Source: Elusimicrobiota bacterium (GTDB lineage Bacteria; Elusimicrobiota; Elusimicrobia; UBA1565). From it: a DNA stretch of 20,645 nt. Below, in pieces: positions 15,260 through 20,645 of the stretch. The position numbers and the translations under genes are program-made. How positions within the stretch are numbered: position 1 is the stretch's first letter; every line of letters begins with the position of its first letter. The notes beneath the pieces are model-generated. The model was not told the DNA's origin. It saw nothing but the letters and a program-made list of their open reading frames with translations, and searched no databases. The stretch is taken from the NCBI GenBank assembly GCA_043819795.1, contig JBDREN010000067.1:1-20645 (forward strand), in the 5' to 3' direction.

Positions 15260-17677
15260 ATGAAGAGAAAACGAGCCGCTGACCATCCAAAGAAGAGCGG
15301 CCCCCTCTCGGGGATCGCGGCTTCTCTCCGGGAGACCGTCGCCTCGCTCAAGGAACGGTCGGGTCATATCGACAGCTACAAGACGCCGCTCTACCTGTTG
15401 GCGGTCTTCGCGCTGTCCCTGGCGGTCCGCCTGCTCTACCTGGGCCACATCGAGGCCCTGCCCTACTTCGACGACCCTGTCATCGACCCCCAGCAGTACG
15501 ACGCGTTGGCCCGCGCGCTGTTCACCAGCGAGGACTCCTACCGGTTCTCGGCCTTCTATCAGGCGCCCGGCTACGCCTATCTCCTCGCCGTGATCTACAA
15601 TATCTTCGATTCCAGCCGCTATTGGGCGCACATGGTCCAGATGGCCATGGGAGCCATGCATGCGGTGGTCGTCTATCTGCTCGGCCGGAGGTTCTTCAGC
15701 CACCGCGTGGGGCTGCTGGCTTCGCTGTTCATAGCGCTTTACGGCCCCATGATCTTCTACGAGGGCGACTTCTACCGCGAGCCCGCCCTGGCGCTCGCCA
15801 TGAGCGCCTTCGTGCTCCTGCTGCACCTCGCCGCCGCCGTCCCGTCCGCCGTCCGCTGGTTCTGGGCGGGCCTGCTGCTGGCTTTGAGCATCCTGACCCG
15901 GGAGTCCATGCTGATCTACGCCCCCCTGGCCGTCTATCTCCTGGCGAGGGCCGGACTCCGCCGGCCGGCTCTGCTCAGGTGCCTGGCCTCCCTTCTTCTG
16001 CCGCTCGCGGTCCTGCTGTCGTACGTCTCCTACCGCAACTACGTCAGGGAAGGCGCGTTCACGTTCGTCTCCTCGCAGGGCGGCTGGAACTTCTACATCG
16101 GCAACCACGAGGGGATGGACAGGCTTACCGCCATGTTCCCCGGCGCCGAGTGGGAGACGGCCAGCAAGAAGCCCCTCTTGGAGGCCGGCCTGGCGCGCTC
16201 CTACGAGGGCTCGCGCTGGTTCTACGGCCGGGCGTTCCGGTTCATCGCCGAGCATCCCTGGCGGTGGGTCAAGCTCGTCTTCAAGAAGACCGTGATATTC
16301 TTCGGCGGCTACGAGTTCATGCCCAACGAGGACGTGGGGCTTCACCGCGGCGGCTCCTGGATCCTCCGCGTCCTCATGTTCCGGTGGGGTCCTTTTTCGT
16401 TCCCGTTCGGCTTGATCTGCCCCCTGGCCATCCTTGGGTGGTATGGAGCGCTGAAGACGAACAGGCGGGCCGCGCTCTGGCTGGGCGGGACCGTCATCGT
16501 ATACGCCCTCACCATCATCGCCTTCCACGTCCGCGCGCGCTACCGCATCCCCGTGACCCCGCTTTTCTGCGTCCTGGCGGCCGCGGGGCTCCGCGATTGG
16601 GCCGGCCCGGCTTTGGAATGGCGGCCGAAGGCGTTCGCGCTCAAGGGCCTCGTGCTTCTGGGCCTGATCTTTGTGATCAACTTCCCCCTCTACGATTTCA
16701 GCTACGCGGAGCGGTTCCCGTCCGATTACTACGCCGCGAAGCACCATCACAAAATGAAGCGGCACGACCGCGCCCTGGAGAAGTACCGGTCGGCCGTCCT
16801 TCAAGAGCCATGCCAAGCCGAGGCGTATCACGACATGGGGATCCTCCTGGGGGAGACGGGCAGGCTGGACCTCGGGGTCGCCGCGGTCAAGAGCGCCCGC
16901 GACCTTCTGCCGGACTCCCACCAGATCAGGGCGACCTTGGGCGACATGCACAAGCAGGCCGGGCGCCGGGACCTGGCCGAGCTGGAATTCCGCCGGAGCG
17001 TGGAGCTCAACCCGTACGATCCCAAGAGCCGCCTGGAGCTGGGCAGGCTGGTCGAAGAGAAGGACCCCAAGAGCGCGGAGCGGGAGTTCCGCCGGGTGAT
17101 CGAGCTCGGGAAGATGTTCCCCGGCACGGACGTCGAGGTCCTGAAAGAGGCGAAGGAAGGACTGTGGCGGGTCGCGAAGGAGGACCTCAGCGACGACGAC
17201 GTGATCCCCCGCAGGACCAAGGAAGCCTACCTCCGGGTCCAGAAGGACCGCTTCAAGGAGATCGCCAAAGGCGCCGATCTCTCGACCCGGGAGGGACGGA
17301 TCAAGGCCTCGGACGCCTACACCAACGTGGGGGTGGCGCACCTGCGCCTCGACGAGCTGGAGCTCGCGGAGGAGGCTCTCTTGGAGTCGCTCAAGATATC
17401 CTTCAACCAGACCCCCGCGCACATCAACCTGGGCATGGTCTACCGGAAGATGGGAAACCATGACAAGGCCCTGTATCATTATCAAATGGCGCTGAAGATC
17501 CTTCCGGGGAACTACGTCGCCCTGAATAACGTCGGAAGGCTCTACGAAGAAAGGAAGGACTACGAGAAGGCCTACGAATACTACGGCAAAGCGTCGGCCG
17601 AGGCCCCCGAGAACACGGTCATCCGGCGCAACATGTCCAGGGTCCGGCGCCTGATGGACGGCGGACAAGGCCGCTGA
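15260..17677 (+). CDS. GT-C (ArnT/GT39-like) membrane glycosyltransferase with C-terminal TPR repeats, 805 aa
   Basis: LAVRLLYL...VIDPQQYDALA...FYQAPGYAYLLA, ALYGPMIFYEG, QGGWNFYIGN and RARYRIPV, followed by TPRs (AEAYHDMGILL, AHINLGMVYRKMGNHDKALYHYQMALKILP, ALNNVGRLY). Confidence 0.88.
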   Translation: MKRKRAADHPKKSGPLSGIAASLRETVASLKERSGHIDSYKTPLYLLAVFALSLAVRLLYLGHIEALPYFDDPVIDPQQYDALARALFTSEDSYRFSAFYQAPGYAYLLAVIYNIFDSSRYWAHMVQMAMGAMHAVVVYLLGRRFFSHRVGLLASLFIALYGPMIFYEGDFYREPALALAMSAFVLLLHLAAAVPSAVRWFWAGLLLALSILTRESMLIYAPLAVYLLARAGLRRPALLRCLASLLLPLAVLLSYVSYRNYVREGAFTFVSSQGGWNFYIGNHEGMDRLTAMFPGAEWETASKKPLLEAGLARSYEGSRWFYGRAFRFIAEHPWRWVKLVFKKTVIFFGGYEFMPNEDVGLHRGGSWILRVLMFRWGPFSFPFGLICPLAILGWYGALKTNRRAALWLGGTVIVYALTIIAFHVRARYRIPVTPLFCVLAAAGLRDWAGPALEWRPKAFALKGLVLLGLIFVINFPLYDFSYAERFPSDYYAAKHHHKMKRHDRALEKYRSAVLQEPCQAEAYHDMGILLGETGRLDLGVAAVKSARDLLPDSHQIRATLGDMHKQAGRRDLAELEFRRSVELNPYDPKSRLELGRLVEEKDPKSAEREFRRVIELGKMFPGTDVEVLKEAKEGLWRVAKEDLSDDDVIPRRTKEAYLRVQKDRFKEIAKGADLSTREGRIKASDAYTNVGVAHLRLDELELAEEALLESLKISFNQTPAHINLGMVYRKMGNHDKALYHYQMALKILPGNYVALNNVGRLYEERKDYEKAYEYYGKASAEAPENTVIRRNMSRVRRLMDGGQGR

Positions 17678-17710
17678 GACGCGGCCTTCCCTCCGGGTTC
17701 CCGGCCGGGA
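17667..17710. terminator. GC-rich hairpin and palindrome at the convergent junction of the two GT-TPR genes
   Basis: AAGGCCGC-tgagac-GCGGCCTT (17667-17688; the loop contains the stop codon) and the palindrome TCCCGGCCGGGA (17699-17710). No clear U-tract. Confidence 0.3.
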
Positions 17711-17731
17711 TCGCCTAAAGGGCCGGCATCC

Positions 17732-19711
17732 TCAGCGCAGCTCGTCCAGCTTTTGCCGGGCCCTCACGTGGTTGGGCTCGATGCGAAGGGTCTCCTCGAA
17801 CTCGCGGACGGCCTCGGCTGTCCTCCCCCGCTTTAGCAGCACGAGCCCCAGGTTGTAGCGGGCCGGGGCGTAGTCCGGCTTGAGCTGCGCGGCCTTGCGG
17901 AAATCGGCCTCGGCCGCGGCCACGTCGCGCATCCTGAGATAGGCCAGCCCCCGGTTGTTGTGGTTGCTGTGGGCGTTGTCGGGGTCCGACTCGATCAGGC
18001 GGCCGAAGGCCGCCGCGGCTTCCTCGTAGCGTTTTTCGAGGAACAGCTGGGTGGCTCGCTCTTGCGACTCCGCCGCGGCCCCGGCCGCCGTCTTCGACCG
18101 AAGGGCCCTGGCCAGGGACTCGCGGGCCGATTCCTCGCGGCCCATCTTCTGATAGAGTTCGGTCATCTTCTTGAGGATCATGGTGGAATCCGGGTTGGTC
18201 CTGAGGGCCCTGCGGTACATGGCCTCGGCTTTGGCGTATCGCCCCTGCTTCTGGTATTCCAGGCCGCAGGTGAAATACCCCATCTCCTTGCTCATTCCCT
18301 CGATCCTCGCGACGGGGCGGTTGCAGAAGTAGGCGCCCGCCGCCAGGATCGCCAACGCCGCCGCCAACGCCCCGGACCGCCTGTTCTCGTAGGCGGCCCG
18401 GACCTCGCGCAAGGCCCCCGCGGCGAAAAGGAAGAGCATCGGCACGGCGGCGATCCGGTAGGCCGCGTGGGTGAAGAATACCAGGTTGGTGGCGAGCTGC
18501 ACGGCGAGCAGGCTGAACGGAAGCCATAGCCGGTCCGGCAGCCCCCGCCGGCAGAGCAGCAGCCCGAGGATGCTCAGCGGCCCCAGCCAGCCGAAGCCGA
18601 AGACCAGGGCTTTGAGGACCGGGGAGCTGTCTTTCGCCACATAGTAGTTCAGGTTGGAAGGAATCTCCCATGAATGCCAGAAATAGGCCCACTTCCTCCA
18701 CCAGATCCGGATGGCTTTCCCCGGGGAGCGGAGCGCGAACCGCAGCGCCTCGTCGCGCCAATGCCTCGACGACTCGGCGAGCGTCAGCTCGCGACCCGCG
18801 CGCCGCGAGGCTTCGAGCCGGAACTCTTCCTGTTCTTTCTCAGGGACCTGGCTGCTCACGAAAGGCGCCCCGTAGTAGGTACCCGTGGCCTCCGGGTTGT
18901 TGCCGGTCCAAAGATTCATCCCTCCGCTGGCCACGGTGATCACCCACTCGCCCCCGACCAGGCGGTTGCGCAACGTGAGAGGGAACACCGCGATCGCGAT
19001 CCCGGCTATCAGGACCAGGAAAGCGACGGCCGCCCGGCGGCCGTATCGCCGCCACGACCACCAGGCCAAGAGCGGGACCCAGAGGAAGATATTGGGCCGG
19101 AACAGGACGGAGATCCCGATAAGGACTCCCGCGCCCAGCATCACTCGCAGGCGCGGGCCGGATGAGCCCTCCTGGCCAAGGAGCATGAGAAGCGCCGCCA
19201 TGTTCGCCAGCGCGATCCATGATTCCTTCATCAGGACCCCGTCATGGAACACGAAGGGGCCGTAGAAGGCCGCCCACAATCCCGCCAGGAGCGCGGGCCC
19301 GGGCGAGAACAGACGGCGCGCCGCGGACTCGATCAACGCGCAGAGCGCGGCCCCCGCAAAGGCCTGCAGGATAAGCGGGGCCCAGAGGCTCGGGCCGAAA
19401 AGGGCGTAAAGGACGGCCAGCATGTACGGATAGATCGGGGTCATGAAGAACACCCCGCCTGTCGTCCACTCGCCTTGCGAGATGCGCAGCGCCCAGTCGT
19501 GATAGAACGCGGCGTCCAGCACCGGCGCCTCGATGACAGGCGTCCCCCGCACGCTCCAGAGATAGGCCAGGCGCACGGCCAGCGCGAGGAAGAACACCAG
19601 ATAGGGGGCGCAGTCAAGCATGCGCAAGAACAGACCGCCCCGAGAGCCCCCGCTTTCGGATCGAGCTTGCGAACGCGCTTTCTTTCGGCTCAAGGGTCGG
19701 CCTGCGGGCAT
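17732..19711 (-). CDS. GT-C (ArnT/GT39-like) membrane glycosyltransferase with C-terminal TPR repeats, 659 aa; paralog of 15260..17677
   Basis: LAVRLAYL...VLDAAFYHDWA...FFMTPIYPYMLA, AFYGPFVFHDG, RPN, SGGMNLWTGNN, EIPSNLNYY and AYRIAAVP, then TPRs (AEAMYRRALRTNPD, ARYNLGLVLLKRGRTAEAVREFEETLRIEPN). Confidence 0.88.
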   Translation of the reverse strand: MPAGRPLSRKKARSQARSESGGSRGGLFLRMLDCAPYLVFFLALAVRLAYLWSVRGTPVIEAPVLDAAFYHDWALRISQGEWTTGGVFFMTPIYPYMLAVLYALFGPSLWAPLILQAFAGAALCALIESAARRLFSPGPALLAGLWAAFYGPFVFHDGVLMKESWIALANMAALLMLLGQEGSSGPRLRVMLGAGVLIGISVLFRPNIFLWVPLLAWWSWRRYGRRAAVAFLVLIAGIAIAVFPLTLRNRLVGGEWVITVASGGMNLWTGNNPEATGTYYGAPFVSSQVPEKEQEEFRLEASRRAGRELTLAESSRHWRDEALRFALRSPGKAIRIWWRKWAYFWHSWEIPSNLNYYVAKDSSPVLKALVFGFGWLGPLSILGLLLCRRGLPDRLWLPFSLLAVQLATNLVFFTHAAYRIAAVPMLFLFAAGALREVRAAYENRRSGALAAALAILAAGAYFCNRPVARIEGMSKEMGYFTCGLEYQKQGRYAKAEAMYRRALRTNPDSTMILKKMTELYQKMGREESARESLARALRSKTAAGAAAESQERATQLFLEKRYEEAAAAFGRLIESDPDNAHSNHNNRGLAYLRMRDVAAAEADFRKAAQLKPDYAPARYNLGLVLLKRGRTAEAVREFEETLRIEPNHVRARQKLDELR

Positions 19712-20048
19712 GGCTCAGTCTACAACTTATTGCGCTTCCGGATTCATCACAAGTAAAGGTCGAGTCCTCAGCAGCGAAAGCATGCGATTCAGCGCGCCCG
19801 ATGAGTCACACAAGTCGCCGCTTGGCTCCGGCGCCTTTTTGCCGTGGGAAGGGGCCGGTTTTGTGGTATTCTATACGTAGGTGGTTGAAACACTCAGTCG
19901 TTTGTCTCCGGTCTGGACGTTCCTGGCGGCAACCTCGTCTGCAGCTCAATCCCAGACCATGCAAGGCGCCGCGGCCCCGCAAAACCGGCCATATCTGATG
20001 GGGTGCGACATCGGCCTTGACAATCCGGATGCCCCGTAATACGACCAT

Positions 20049-20645
20049 ATGAAAACAAAAAAGAGCCCTTTCCTGGCCGCGAACATTCTTCCGCTGCTCC
20101 TCGCCTTCCCCAGCTACGGCTTTGCCGAGGAGCTCATTGATGTCAACCTCCAAACGGTGGACACGTCCGGCAGCGCTCTTGCGGGCCAAGTCTTCTCCTG
20201 CACGGAAGGGCTGGGCATAACGCCGCACGAGTGGCACCCCAGCCAGCAGACGCTCAACATGGCCGACGGCGCCACCGTGTGCCTGGGCGGACAGTTCTAC
20301 GACGGGGGCCTCTACGTCGGCCGGACCCTTGAGGTGACCGTGCAGCAGGGCCACACCTATACGATAGACACCCGTACCGGCGACCTGATCTCGGATGAGT
20401 CCACACCCGGAGCGACGGGGGTGCTCTTTGCTTTCGATTTTCAGTATGCGAGCCTCGTGGTGGACACGGTCGACGCCTCGGGCGGCCACCTGCCGGGCAG
20501 GCTTCACGTGCGGACCTCCGGCCTGGGCGTGGAGCCCTACGGCGACGACCCCGCGCCGCTCCAGCTGCGGATCGCCGAGGGCGGGACGATCAACCTGCAC
20601 GGCAGCTACTGCGACGCGGGGCTGTGCGTGGGCCAAGACGCCGAC
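20049..20645 (+). CDS. 5' part of a secreted protein with a 104-aa internal tandem repeat; truncated by the window edge
   Basis: Manual translation from ATG 20049 is open for 199 codons to the end of the window: MKTKKSPFLAANILPLLLAFPSYGFA|EELIDVNLQTVDTSGSALAGQVF... Signal-peptide-like N-terminus; perfect TTGACA at 20017-20022 upstream. Confidence 0.8.
   Translation, partial: MKTKKSPFLAANILPLLLAFPSYGFAEELIDVNLQTVDTSGSALAGQVFSCTEGLGITPHEWHPSQQTLNMADGATVCLGGQFYDGGLYVGRTLEVTVQQGHTYTIDTRTGDLISDESTPGATGVLFAFDFQYASLVVDTVDASGGHLPGRLHVRTSGLGVEPYGDDPAPLQLRIAEGGTINLHGSYCDAGLCVGQDAD

Noticed and set aside
15254..17668. 804-aa minus-strand ORF mirroring the GT-TPR gene
   Set aside because: Antisense shadow with no recognisable domain; the plus strand has clear GT-C and TPR motifs.
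19806..20636. 276-aa minus-strand ORF
   Set aside because: Antisense to the plus-strand frame from 20049, which has a signal peptide and an internal repeat.
1..20645. CRISPR array, tRNA/rRNA, transposase, integrase, prophage or anti-phage defence genes
   Set aside because: No regularly spaced direct repeats, RNA-gene signatures or relevant catalytic motifs were seen by eye.

Overview
High-GC bacterial chromosomal region with about 12 genes and no rRNA, tRNA, CRISPR array or transposase. In order: the 5' end of a secreted Ig/cadherin-like (Big_9-type) protein (minus strand, running off the left edge, not in the ORF track); a probable decayed CxxC gene; an LCM-family SAM methyltransferase; an Npt/TLC-like transporter fused to HEAT repeats and a cNMP-binding domain; two coupled GT-C (ArnT/PMT-like) membrane glycosyltransferases; an S46 dipeptidyl peptidase with no signal peptide; a REP-like hairpin pair; ornithine aminotransferase (rocD); a coupled DUF2330-like / membrane-HEAT pair; two convergent paralogous GT-C+TPR proteins; and the 5' end of a secreted protein with a 104-aa internal repeat (running off the right edge, not in the ORF track). 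The best candidate for an undescribed system is the set of four GT-C enzymes (two with a TMTC-like GT-C+TPR architecture) between secreted beta-repeat proteins, a possible surface-protein glycosylation locus. Other notable signals are a perfect 18-bp inverted repeat between divergent promoters, a strong internal in-frame RBS+ATG before the cNMP domain, and repeated -10 boxes 5-10 nt from ATGs that lack a Shine-Dalgarno (leaderless-type starts). All family calls come from motif recognition by eye; no database searches were run.
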